63,758 bases of DNA from Lama glama (Eukaryota), in assembly GCA_028534125.1 (NCBI GenBank), contig CM052816.1:3784001-3847758 (forward strand), written 5' to 3'. The position numbers were made by a program, and so were the translations under genes. Below the pieces are notes generated by a model. The model saw only the letters and a list, made by a program, of their open reading frames with translations, was not told the DNA's origin and searched no databases. Of this stretch, positions 51,473 to 63,758 are shown one piece after another; the stretch's first letter is position 1, and each line of letters starts with the position of its first letter.

Positions 51473-51754
51473 ATACAGATGATACTCTGAAGGGATTTAT
51501 CATCTGTTTGGGAAGAACACAATTTGAAAAAAACTAAAGAAATACATCTTTAAGCAAAAGTGCTAAGTGCTGGAAAGTTGCTAAAAGGGAGGAAAAGGCT
51601 GAAACGGTCACTCAAATCTTCAATGAGATCTTGGCTGGGATTTACTAGGTGGAATTATCCAATTTAGGCACCAGGTAAATGGAGTACATGATAGTAGATG
51701 GCTTTATTGGAATCCTATCAGCCATTTTATTCTTCCTTTTTAGTCACAAGAACA

Positions 51755-53315
51755 TTTATGTACAGTGAAATGCACAGGTTTTAAGTTTGTCTCTTAATAC
51801 GTTTCGACAAACGTACACACTCATGAAGCCACCGTCTCCACGAATACTCTCATTCCCAAAGTCCCCTAGTTTTCCTTTCAGTCAGTTCTTACATCCTACA
51901 CTGTTCCGACTTCCATCACAGAGATTACTTTTACCTGTTTTTGAAATTCATATAAATGGAATCATACAGTATGTACTGTCTTGTGTCTGGTTTCATTCAC
52001 TAAACGTGTATTTTTAAATTCATCTGCAGTGCTGTATCAGTAGTTCTGTATTCTTTTTATTTCTGAGTAGAGGTATACCACAATTTATCCATTCTCCTTG
52101 ATGAATATTTGATTATTTCCATTTTTCCATAATTATGAAAAAGATACTTTAAATATTGTTTTAAAAGTCCCCCGTGGACATACATTTTCATTTCTCTTAG
52201 ATACTCAGAAGCAGAATTTCTGGGTTATAGAGTAAGTATACATTTAACTTTATAGGAAAGTACAAAACAATTCTGCTATGTGCTTGTAATGTTTACACTC
52301 TCAGCACCATATGAGAGTTCCAGTTACTCCATATCCTTAACATACGGTGTAGTCAATCTTTTAATTTTAACCATCTAGCATGTGTGGAATACTGTTTCAT
52401 TGTTCTTTTAACTTGGACATCCCTAGTGATTGATGATGGTGAGGACCTTTCCAGGTGTATATTCGCCATTCATAAACTTTTTTTTGTGCAATGTTTATTT
52501 AGGTCTTTTGCCCATTTTTCTTTAGGTCCTTTATCAAATACATGCATTGTAATTTTTAAAATCTACACCTCATGCTTGCTTTCATTTCCTTAATGGTGTC
52601 TTTTGATAAGTAGAAGGTTTTATTTTGATGAAGTCCAATTAATCATTTATTCTTTTACATTTAGTGCTTTTTATGTCCTAAGAAATCTTTACCTATCCCA
52701 AACTCATGGAGATAATCATATATGTTTTCTTCTAGAATTTTAACCATTTTAGCATTTAAGTTTTGGTCTATAATCCACTTCAGATTAATTTTGTGTGTAT
52801 TGCAAGATAGGGGCTGAAGTTCCCCCTTTTAAAAAAAATACTTTTTTTTTCCATTACCATTTGCAAAAAACACGTTTTTTTCCCCCAATTAAATTACCTT
52901 GATACCCTTGTCAAAAATCAAGTGACTCTATATATGCTATTTATGCATGAGTCAATTTCTCAGTTTTCTATTCTGTGCTGTCTTTCAATTGGCCAATTCT
53001 TTTGCTAATATCATGCTGTCTTGATTCTGTAGCTTTATACCAAATTTGGCACTGTGAGCTTTAAAACTTTTTTTCTTTTTCGAGATAATTTTGCCTATTT
53101 CTACTCCTTTGTGTTTCCATATATATTTCAGAAATGTGTCAGTCTACAAACACATACACAAAAATAACTTCTGTCATTTTGGTTGTGATTGTGTTAAAAC
53201 CACAGATCAACTGAAGGAGAAATGGAGAAATGGCACTGTAATAATATTGAGTTTTACAGTCCATGAATATGGTATATCTCTGCATTTAATTATGTCTTTT
53301 AAAATTTCTCTTCTG
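51755..53315 (-). mobile_element. Old L1M (L1MB/ME-type), about 1.5 kb
   Basis: 'ttcatataaatggaatcatacagtatgta', 'ttttgatgaagtccaatt', 'ccatgaatatggtatatctctgcattta'. Confidence 0.88.
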
Positions 53316-54949
53316 AAGATTATAGTCTCTCTCCCATCCCATGAAGGTCTCACTGTGTTTATCTACCATATTGACCCTCATACCTCAGCAATGGGCAAGA
53401 AGCCATACAGCTACTATCACCCAATTAAATTCCTCTTCTAGGAATTTAAATTTGAAGACCTGAATTCTCCAGGTTCAGTATCCAAAATATATGATTTAGA
53501 GTTTTTGACTGAGCTCCCCAAAGATAATCTAGCTTCTACATTTCTGTAAACTTAAGTTGTTAAGCTTTTCCTTTATTTTATCAAGTCACCCAATATCCTT
53601 CCAAACATTTCCTCAGGTAAGGTAAACTACTGCTTCTTACATTAGAGTAAGAAATGCAACATTTAACATTATTACAGATGAACACAATTTGAATCAAATT
53701 AATCCTTATTATGATTTCTTTGAGGTATTATATGTTGGTTCATGTTCAAATATTTTGATATGACACACATTTGTAACTTAGCAAAAACGTCTTTTTGAGA
53801 AAATTCAGAGCAAGATAAATGATATAAAAAATTCAAAACATCAGCTACTTTATGAATTGTACAGTAAGCATTTTTAGTTAATTAGAAACATAGCCTATGA
53901 AAAAAATTCTTCTATTTTAATACTCTTCTCAAATAATATCCCAGAAGGGAGCTGAGAAGTTAACGGTGAACACAGAAGTATTTTCATATTTTCTCTTTCT
54001 TCCAGGGTGCTCAAGAAATAAATGAATTTGAAATTGGAGAGATCATGTTCATACTCAGAAAGAGGCTATTTCTCCATATAAGCCAATTTCTTTTTCCTAG
54101 GCCCTCAGCTCCCTAGCCTGGCTTGGAAGTTTTGTATGTAATTTATAGGTTACTCCCTAGTAGAAGCAGATTACTTGAGAAAATGTGCCTCTGTTTATGA
54201 CCAGCATACTTTCTGAATTTATTAAACCAATATGAGCTTGGGAGACTCCAGAACTAGCAGCATTAGAGACCTCCACTTGATCTGCCACATCTGTACTTCC
54301 CTGAATGTGTTTTTCTACAGCGCTGGCCCTCACAGCGTCTCTCTCCTTACAGCAAGTGAGTCAAGTAATTATTATTAGCAATAGCTAATGGAATCACTTC
54401 TGTTTTTGCAGCTGCTTTCAGTCTCGATCAAATGGATGTTTAGGAGTCACTTGATACCAACCCATGAAAGGACTGATCTCAATTTAAAAAACCAGGCATA
54501 ATTGTGAATCCTAGGGTTGTGGAGAGAACTAGATGGCATAATGCATTTAAGTGACTCTTAAGAAAATTAGCTGCAAAGTAGTAAATACATATTAGCTATT
54601 GCACTTTGTTTTTTGCCATGGTGATCAGTACCCAGAATTATTAAGGAATAAGTTATTTCACATATATTGATTTTCCAAAGTACTGAAACTCACATCTTTA
54701 GATTAATTTCATCCTTTCACATGAAAATCAATAACTTAGTGTCTGGAAATCTCACTGAAATATATTACTATACATTTCTGGGTATCTCCTTAAATGCTAA
54801 TTTAAGGAGGCAAGTTCTTGATAAGTTTGATTATCACCATAAGCAATTATAATACAGGCAACATAAGATGTCCTCAAACCCTGTGGGGTATATGTCTAAC
54901 AACATGGCTTGTGAAGCAGTCATGATGATGAGGAGGAAGGGGATAAACC

Positions 54950-55150
54950 TTTACAATATGCCAGCATTTTGCCCTATGCCAGGCTTTATATGCATTTTCA
55001 TATTAATATTCCCAACAGCTTCATGAGGTATATTCTACTTACACCCATTTTTCAGATAAGGAAACTCAAAATCAGAAAAATGTGCAATATAACAGAGCTA
55101 CCAACAGAACAGAGAGAAGTTTCAAATTCTGGAGCCCAAAGTTTTAGCAC
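54950..55150 (-). mobile_element. MIR SINE
   Basis: 'catgaggtatatt...acccatttttcagataaggaaact'. Confidence 0.75.
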
Positions 55151-55577
55151 CTATGCTTTCTAGAGCCTCCCTTCTCTGCTGTCATTTTTCCCAGGAGCAA
55201 TTATTCTAACAGAAATTAAAATGTAGCCATTCAGTGAGCACCTATTTCATGTCAATCACTGGCACAGGGTCCTTACATGTAAAAATCTCAGTTAATCCTC
55301 TCAGTTACCATGCATGGTAGATAAATAAATATTTTTAACTCCACTTTGATCATCACAAAAACTGAGATTTCAATTAAAACAACCTTCCAAACACCACAAA
55401 GTAAGCAGCAGGCTGTGGATCTGAGTCCAAATTTACCCCGACAGGCTATGGTCTTTCCCTTTCCTCCTACTTCTAGTCGCCACCACCACTGCATATACAC
55501 ATCCAAGAAACTTAGCCATGTGCTTCCTAGGCCAAAGTCAATGAGAACTAAAGTCCTGGCTTCAGGAGACTGTGAAT

Positions 55578-56409
55578 AACAAGGTTCCCTCTTCTCCACA
55601 CCCTCTCCAGCACTGTTGGTGGGAATGTAGTTTGGTGCAGCCATTATGGAAGACAGTACAGAGAGACCTTAAAAAACTAAAAACAGAGCTACTGTATGAT
55701 CCAGCAATCCCACCCCTGGGAATATATCTGGAGAAACCTCTAATTCGAAAAGATACATGCATCCCAGTGTTCATAACAACATTATTTATAATAGCCAAGA
55801 CATGGACGCAACCTAAATGTCCATCAACAGATGACTGGGTAAATAAGTTATGGTATATTTATACAATGGACTACTACTCAGCCATAAAAAGAATAAAATA
55901 ATGTCATAAAAGCAACATGGAAAGACTTGGAGATTGTCATACTAAGTGAAGTAAGCCAGAAGGAGAAAAATACCATATGATGTCACTCACATGTGTAATC
56001 TAAAAAAGGGACACAAATGAACTCATTTATAAAACAAGAACAGACTCACAGACATAGAAGATAAACTTATAGTTACCTGAGGGGTATGGGGGGCATGGAG
56101 GGATAAACTGGGAGTTCAGGATTTGCAGATATTAACTACTATATATAAAACAGATAAAAAACAAGGTCCTACTGTATAGCATAGGGAGCTATATGCAGTA
56201 TCTTGTAATGGCCTATAATGAAAAAGAACATGAAAAGGAATATATATATAAAAAACTGAATCACTATGCTGTATACCAGAAATTAACACATTTTAAATCA
56301 CTATACTTCAAGAAAAGAAAAAATAAAAGCGAAAGGAAAGAAAAAAGAAAAGAATTAAAATGGAAGGGAAAATGATATGAATTAATAATCTTCTAAATAC
56401 TTAAAAAAA
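55578..56409 (+). mobile_element. L1 with 5' inversion (twin priming), TSD and extended tail
   Basis: 55578-55612 is antisense L1 immediately followed by sense L1; TSD gagactgtgaat (55566-55577) / gagactgtgagt (56410-56421); ORF 55572-55901 gives the ORF2 Cys-rich remnant HCWWEC...[11 protein letters not shown]. Confidence 0.92.
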
Positions 56410-56909
56410 GAGACTGTGAGTTAGGGCTCTCCTCTCCAGTCCTGTACAGAACTTTAATACATGGGGTCATGCCTACCTCTTCAGGGGCTCATAGCTCTTT
56501 GCACTGAGCTGAGGCTCAGTCTTTGGGAAGATCTTTTTGCTCCTCCTACATAATTATTAACTAGCCTCTGGCTTCACAACTGCCTGATGAGTCCCAGGAA
56601 TCACAAGGAGAGAGCTTCTACGGCTTCAAATTACAGCGCAGTGTTGCAGGGCATTACTAGGCACGTTGCTGTGTACAATTCCTGTTGACGGATTTGTAGA
56701 AATACACGTTTGTCCTCAGGAGAGACTGTTTGCTTTAGGAGTGTTTTATTTTTCCATACAAGGTGGTCTATGGGAACACTGAGGTGTGATCACAGCATTT
56801 TGTTATCTTATGCTTGACTTCTTTCTTTAGGACAGTGCAGAAAGCTGTGATGGCTTCTTCCAGTTAGATGAATCCTGAATAACTGAGGTTTGAAAGGGTG
56901 CTTCTATGT

Positions 56910-57319
56910 TGTAAAGGAAAAGCCCAGCTGGGCTAACGAGCTAAGTCACAAATCTAAGTGTGATAAGTGTCGGTTTACTGATATAAGTTCTGCTGGGCTA
57001 ACTCGTAAATCTGAAGTTTAGTGTCAGTTTACTGGGCTAACAAGCTAACTCGTAAATCCAAGCTCAACAAGTGTCAGTAACGTGATCCGTTCCAAATTGA
57101 TAAGCTTCGGTGTACTGATTCCTTGCTTTTTGTTGTTTGAGCCTTATTGGCTAATAGCCCATACTTGTAATTAACCCTATAAAAACCTCATGTGCACGTC
57201 TTGGAGGTGCTCAGAGCTTTGGAGCAGAAGCCCCTCTAAGCCCGCCGGCGTAATACATCTGAGTACTCCAACCCTCCGAGTGGTGCTTGTTTCTTGGCTG
57301 GCCTGTCATTTCCGTAACA
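56910..57319 (+). mobile_element. Intact solo LTR, ERV1 class (410 bp), with U3 repeats
   Basis: TGTAA...GTAACA termini, 4-bp TSD ATGT (56906-56909 / 57320-57323), inverted CCAAT near 57146, TATAAAA at 57178, AATACA near 57252. Confidence 0.9.
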
Positions 57320-57464
57320 ATGTGGCTATCTGGAATGCCCCCCGAAGTACCTAGCACTTATCTTTTCCTGCCTTTGCTCTCGTTCTCTAGGGGATGGTTC
57401 ACAGAAAACTGAATGGATACAATTAAAATCCGCTTCTATAATATCAATAATTATTAGTTTAAGT

Positions 57465-57692
57465 CAGGAGTCAGCGAAGTGAGGTGCTGGAACCGAATCC
57501 AGCCTGCTGCCTGTTATTAATAAATAAAGCCATGGAATACAGCCACGCCCATTGGTTTATAAGATACCTATGGGTGCCTCTGTGACACAACAGCAGAGTT
57601 AAGTAGTTACAACACAACAGAGACCACCTTGGTTTGCAAAGCTTAAAACATTTACTATCTGGCCCTATGCGGAGAACATCTGCCAACCCCAG
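57465..57692 (-). mobile_element. MER58A-like hAT element
   Basis: 'aaataaagccatggaatacagccacgcccatt...aaaacatttactatctggccct...tgccaacccc'. Confidence 0.85.
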
Positions 57693-57739
57693 TGTGCTTC
57701 CCAGCACCAGTCACTGTGCTAAGTGATTTACATACAGTA

Positions 57740-58010
57740 AGGCCCATTGTGACTCTGTGGGGTCCTAGGCACTTTGGCCTTTAGGGCCTCTTTTTTCATA
57801 AAAAGTATTCAAAATTATATTCAATGACTGCATTGTTATGAACACAAGCAGATTACTTATGCTTTTCACTACATAAGCATTTCACTCATAAAGTCAGACA
57901 TTGACTTTCGAGTTCATTTCTTTTTGATTTTAAAAGAAATTAAAATAGTCTTGTGGTACTCAAGAAGTGTCATGGGCACTTCACCCACTGTGCCTAAGGA
58001 AGCCAGCACT
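57740..58010 (-). mobile_element. MER96B-like hAT element
   Basis: 'ggtcctaggcacttt', 'tgattttaaaagaaattaaaa', 'cactgtgcctaa'. Confidence 0.55.
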
Positions 58011-59304
58011 GCCTGCATCATAAGATTTATACTTCTCAGCAATCCCCCTACAGAGATGAGGGAACCAAAGCTTAGGGCATCTGAAGTCCTCTCACATACC
58101 TGGTGAGAATCAGACCCAGGTCCTGCCTGGCCCTGGAAGGTGAACTCTTAATCACTTTGTTGTACATTTTCTCTGCCTTGCCTTGTCTTAAAGTGTCAGA
58201 GTTAGGTAAATGACTCAAGAACCACCAGAAACAAGAAAAGCTTTTCCATTAAAGCCCTCGGGGCAATTGAATGCTTTTTGGTCCTCATTATTCTTAAAGC
58301 TAGTAGGCACTTTAATTAGTGTTTGCAAAGTGTTTTGAAAATAAATAGTTGTGGACAAGGGTATAAAGTACATTTATTTCTCGGAATGTTTTCTCTCAGG
58401 AGAGTCTTTACCAATAGGAGAGATGAAATGACTTCCCTTGTCAATAGCCCTCCCCTACAGCTACCCAGTTAAGAAAACACTGAACTTGTTTGGTTGCATC
58501 TCTTCACCAAAATATATGACTTGGCGTTTTCACTCTCAGAAATATTGAAAAATAATTTAAGCTGCCTTCTGGTGTTATCTACAATGTGTATAGGACATTG
58601 CTGGCTGCAAAGAAAACCCGGGAGGCCGCAAAGAAATGAGAGACTGGAAAGATATTGTCCCAAAGGAGAAGGAATAAGTGTATTACTTCCTTTTTCTTTA
58701 CAAACACAGAACCACCAAGAACTTCTGAGTCTAGAGGATTAAGTACAAGGGACTGTCTGCTGAGTAAAAAGAGCAAGTGCTTGGCGAGTCTCATCACTGC
58801 AGGTAGTAACCAGAGTTGCCTGCCATCATTTCAAGGGCACCATGAATTCCTCTGCTTCCACATCTCCCTCCATCCGACTTCTCTCAACTATTCATTTTGG
58901 ATCAAAGCTTTGAATTGATTTTATTGGCACCAGCTTGATGGTAAGGTTGTAAGAGTATGGGTCAGGTCACAGTTAATTTTTTGGGGTTACAGAGAGAGAG
59001 AAGAGGGAGAAGGCCTGGAGATCTGGGCCACATGGGAAAGGCAAAGAGATGCTCGTGGAGGCCTCTGGGGAAGAAGAGCTTGAACACTTAATGACTCAAG
59101 GAACAAGAGTTAACAAAAGGAAAGATGGCAACACAACGTAGCGCATGTTCATTTTTAAGGAGATGTCTAAACATAAATTTTGCCAATTTTCCAATGTTCC
59201 TACAAAACTCACAACAACTAATTGTAGCAAGTCCCCCTCCCCCACCCCAGTTTTCTCCTAAGTTGATATTAATTCCTTCCACTAGGATATAGAAGTATCC
59301 TTTA

Positions 59305-59442
59305 CTATCTTGATTCTCAAAATACAGTGGGTAGACCAGCAGTATCAGCATCCCCTGGCTCCACTCCAGACCTACTGAATTAGAATCTGCATTTCCACTG
59401 GCTCTCCAGTGACTGATATGCACATTACAGTTTGGAAAGCCC
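59305..59442. mobile_element. MER5B-like element
   Basis: 'ctccagacctactgaattagaatctgcattt...gatatgcacattacagtttg'. Confidence 0.7.
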
Positions 59443-60084
59443 TAAGGACACTTGAAGCACCAACCTACTAAAAGGTAAGTGGGTGATCTCCTGGAGAGAG
59501 TAACCCTGACCCCCTCCAGTAAACATGTGGTTCTGTGGTCTTAGCACTGTGGGTGAGCACCCAGTAACAGCCAACTTGTTCTCAAGCTGCAGCTAAGACA
59601 CTGGATTCTCTGCCTCAGACAGAGCTCAACAAATCTAAAATGTGCAGGATGACCTTACCCCATGTAGCATTTCAGTTCAGCTGAAGAAAAATGCTGTAAT
59701 TCATGTTAGACCCAGGGAATTGCTGGAGTTTTGACTTAAAAAAAAATCAATAGCAATACAAAAGCTTTTCAATTATTTGGGGGCCTGAACACCTCCGCTA
59801 CACTCTGTCTACTCCTAAATGTCATTACATTATTTGACAAACATAACATGGAACATTCATGAACTGTGATGTGTTGTACAAGCCATATTTGCTCAGGGGA
59901 AGGATAGCAGGAGGAGGAAAGTAAAGCATTAGTCCAAGTTTACTTCTGAAAAAGGGATATGGTAAATCAAATACTCTTTCTGGACACTGCTTTGATTTCT
60001 ACAAGAGTATTCAAGAGAGCAAAAAATTCCCTGTATTTCTGTATACACCTATTCTCAAAGTACTTTCATTTGTAAAATGGTGGG

Positions 60085-60295
60085 CAGCATAGATTCAAAT
60101 CTGGTTCTTCCACTTACAAAGAGGAGTAATCTGGGGGCAAAGTATACAATTTTTCTTAGTCTCTGGTTCCTGTAAAGTGAAAACCACAGTAGTAGCTATC
60201 TTGCAGATCTGTTTTGAGTTTTAAGTAAGATCGTGCATATAAAGTGTTTAGCACAGTACCTGGCACATTGCAAGTGTAGCTAAAATCATCATCAT
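60085..60295 (+). mobile_element. MIR SINE
   Basis: 'ttcaaatctggttcttccactta...gcatataaagtgtttagcacagtacctggcaca'. Confidence 0.75.
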
Positions 60296-62479
60296 GAGTT
60301 AAGCAGGTTTTATTACCCTGATTTTGGGTGGAGGAAATCAAACAGAAGTTCAGTGACTCACGTAAGATCATGTGCTTTGGGGATGAGGAGGACAAAGATC
60401 TTCTCATTCCTTCTGTGTTGTTCCCTCCAATAAACACTGCACTGACCTCAACACAAACCACAGCATCTCCATGTAGAGTCACCCCAAGAACTATACAGTT
60501 CAGGTGAAAAATGGTGCCTCAAAGCCTAACAGTCATAGACCCTGATTACAAGTTCGTCATTTGCTCGAGAATCAAGAATTGTATAGCTGCTCCCTCAACA
60601 GGACTTCTCTGGGAAAAGTTAACACTTCTTCTTTGCTGCTGTCAGTACATGCTTTACACTGATGTTTCCCAGGGCTGGTCACTCTCTTCCAAAGTGCCAT
60701 TATAATCTTTCCAAGTATACAGAGGCATTTGAAAGAAGAGAGAATGAGCCTACTCCAGGGCTAAATTTCCTCAAAAGTAACAAACTCTTGATGAATCAGA
60801 ATATAATTAGAATTCATATTAATCATAATTGTCTATTATTCACAATTCTGCATGAGCTCATAGCCTAAAAATTACATTATAGCCTTCTTTCCTTTGGGGA
60901 TATCACTATGAAAATATAGACAAAGTCTATATTCTGAACAATAGTGTTTTATTCATAAGATTAAACATTCCTCAGTACTGTCTCTGCTGCCACCTCTCCT
61001 CCCAGCCACTCAAAGTCCACTTAGTCTTCTTTCATGCAAAATTCTGACAAGCACAGTTATCTGATTTCTAAACATAGTGGAAAAGATACTACATTAGAAT
61101 TAAAGAGACGAAAATTTTATCTACCCTCCTCAAATTAATTCGGTAAACTTAATTTATTTCCTCTCTTCGGTTCTTGGTTTTCCTAACAGTAAATACAGAT
61201 GGTTAAGCTTAATCATCTCTTTGGTTTCTTTCAGTTCTAAAGTTACGTAATTCTGTGTATTTCAGTAGAGCAGCATCTCAAGTAGGGGTCAGTAGGGAAG
61301 TGAGCAGATAAGGTGAAAATAAAACACACATACACGGTCTAAGTTAATGCTGAAATACTTTGTTTTAATCACCCCTTAAAGTTAGGGGTGGGACTCTTAG
61401 AAACATTAAAGTTCATAATTGGCTTCTTTTGCTTCTCTTTGCATTCTGGCTGTGTCCACGGGACTAAAAACGCCAAGGTCTCATTTGAACAGGGGGAAGA
61501 ATGTATTTCCCATTTCTCAACCCCTTCCCCCACCCTATCTCTCTCCTTCTGTGTCATATAGTTGAAAATGGCTATAATAAATTCACATATATTATTCTAT
61601 TATATACCGCTCTTCACCCATAGTCGGCCCATGGCCTGTACCTATAAGAACTATATAGGTGGGAAACTCAAGGTCTCAGGGTACAATTAGGGTCTTAACT
61701 TTCTTGACTTAATACAGATCTCTAAGGACAATGCAAAATTGATTCATCCAGGAATGAAGAAGATAAAAAGTGCACTTGGTCAATCACAAAGGATATTTTC
61801 AGGAGAAAAAAGTCAAAGGAGCAAGTGTACAATTCCCGCTCCAAGACTCCCTTCCAAAGGTATACTGTCCCTTGAGTATATTACCATAAATGTCCTGAGA
61901 TTTAATTATTTGAAATGAGACTGTGAAAATCAGCTTCCGAGTCGAGTCCCATGGCAAAAATGAATTTCCTAACGTCATCTTATATATGAAAAGTAATTTG
62001 CAGGATGGAGGCTTTCCTGAGAAAATTGGATTTCATTATGGCTGGCTTTAGTCAAAAGTGAAAACTTCTGTTTCAACCAGTTGTTTGTCATATTAAAGTT
62101 TACTCTCATTTAACAGTAATAGAAAGCTCTTTTTATTTTCGTTCTTCCAGAACTTCTGGTAATGCTATCCCTTACACAGACTCCTATGAGGACACGATGT
62201 TCATTTTGGCATTTGTTGCGTTAAGTAGGACAGAAAGACGAGATCCATCAAATTGTCAAACTATATGTAACTTTTACTATTAAAAATACAGTACGTTTTT
62301 GAGAACACAATGCACATCTTATGCCATGTATGACATTTTCATAGGCTTCTTAGAACTGACATTATGAAGGGGAAGAGTTGTCATAAGGAATGTATAATCT
62401 GGACACTGGCAAAACTTCACATTGAAAGGTTCCTGGAGATTTAGTAACAATCTAGCAAGAAAAGCCCCTGTTTTGGTGA

Positions 62480-62858
62480 GTCCTTCCCAAAGTATGCTTT
62501 GGAAACATCTTCTCTATGAGATAGATGCCCTGGAAAAATAAAATCCCTATCTCTACCTACCTACCAACCTACCATTTACTCTCCTACCTATCTCTCTGTG
62601 TATGTGTGTAGATATCCAAGCACATTTAATTAATTTTTTTTCTATCTGTGACCAAATCTTGGGAAATGCCATATAGTCTATTAAACTCCTAGAGAATAAC
62701 AAGATTATAGTTCAAGGTTCTGAGAAGGCTGTAGTCAAAATGTAATCTGTTTAATTTTATTTATCTCAGCATCTTGGAAAACATTTCTATTTGGCAAGGG
62801 AACTCCTTTTCATGAGACATCTTTTAACATCCTATGGAACACACTGCAGGAAATGCTA
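62480..62858. mobile_element. Degenerate hAT-Charlie element (MER113-like)
   Basis: 'ttcccaaagtatgc' ... 'tgaccaaatcttgggaaatgc' ... 'catcctatggaacacactgcaggaaatgct'. Confidence 0.45.
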
Positions 62859-63099
62859 TCGTGACTTATCTCTTACTTTGGAAATCTGGGGTTGTGGTGT
62901 CCTCAACTGGGCAATCTCTTAGCTCAATCATTTCAAGCTATGGAATGAACAGGCTCATATATAATAAGCCCCAGAATAGCCATTCATTCATTCATTTATT
63001 CACTCATTCACTCCTTCAACAACATTGTCACCACACACCCTGTTGAGACCGTCTACACCATTTCTTTCTGATCTCTCTGTCTATGACATGCGTAATTGA

Positions 63100-63385
63100 G
63101 ACTGTACCCCTTAAACTTCCCCACTCTTCAGGGTCCTGGTCAAATCCTATTTCTTCTGTGAATTCTATTGCAATGCCTATGATCAAGTGGATCTCTCCCT
63201 TCTTTGAACTCCCAAAGCATTTTGCACATCCACAGTTATGATAATAATGTCAGAATCTTTTAATATGTCTAGGTCTTGATTTGATGCCTAAATTTTTTAA
63301 GCTCTTAAAAGGCAGGGACTATATCTCATATATTTCAGACTCATTTCCCATAATGTGGTCTTCGTCCAATAAATCACTGTTCACT
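63100..63385 (+). mobile_element. L2 3' fragment
   Basis: 'ctctcccttctttgaactcccaaagcattt...taagctcttaaaaggcagggact'. Confidence 0.65.
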
Positions 63386-63758
63386 TGACATATGCAGCAA
63401 CGCTGTAGTCTCTGGCCTTATAAATCACATCACCCTGGACTGCCTGCCTTTGAGAGCAGTTGTCCCCTCCTTGAAATGCAACAATCGATACCGCATTTCC
63501 CAGTCTATATTTATAAACAAGGGAATTAACTGCCTTCCATCATTGTTCGAATTGACCTTCAGCTTAGGTTTGAAAGGAAAGACCCCAATCAAACAAGAGG
63601 CTTTATTGATGGTATCAATCCGTTAGTGGTGCCTTTGGTTTCATTATAGTGGTGACATATGCAATAAAGAGAGACATTTCAGTAGTCTGGGTTGGCGGCG
63701 GAAGGTTCAGCGTCTCTGAAAAAGCTTTCCCTATAAATGAGCAGGGCAACTTTGAGGC

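Noticed and set aside
1..63758. CRISPR array, operon or other prokaryotic/defence system
   Set aside because: Mammalian repeat-rich non-coding DNA with no regularly spaced repeat-spacer array and no gene-dense ORFs

Overview
Mammalian non-coding DNA, most likely from a camelid (camel/alpaca/llama): it carries a Vic-1-like tRNA-Ala-derived SINE and about eight short 3' ends of one relatively young LINE-1 family. I recognise no protein-coding exon, CpG island, CRISPR array or prokaryotic system. The listed ORFs are chance ORFs, N-gap artefacts or decayed L1 ORF2 pieces. The window looks like a large intron or gene desert: old repeats (MIR, L2, MLT, MER20 and other hAT/Tigger elements), two intact solo ERV1-class LTRs, microsatellites, several repeat-free enhancer-like blocks and two assembly gaps. 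The best-supported unusual structures are retrotransposition products: a full-length U6 snRNA/L1 chimeric retrocopy with a target-site duplication (TSD), a twin-primed (5'-inverted) L1 with a possible short 3' transduction, and a SINE with an extended non-A tail inside its TSD. There is also an unexplained 24-bp dispersed direct repeat and two weak micro-exon candidates. I found no evidence of a new biological system. Repeat family names come from recalled consensus sequences and need RepeatMasker/Dfam confirmation; boundaries of old repeats are approximate.
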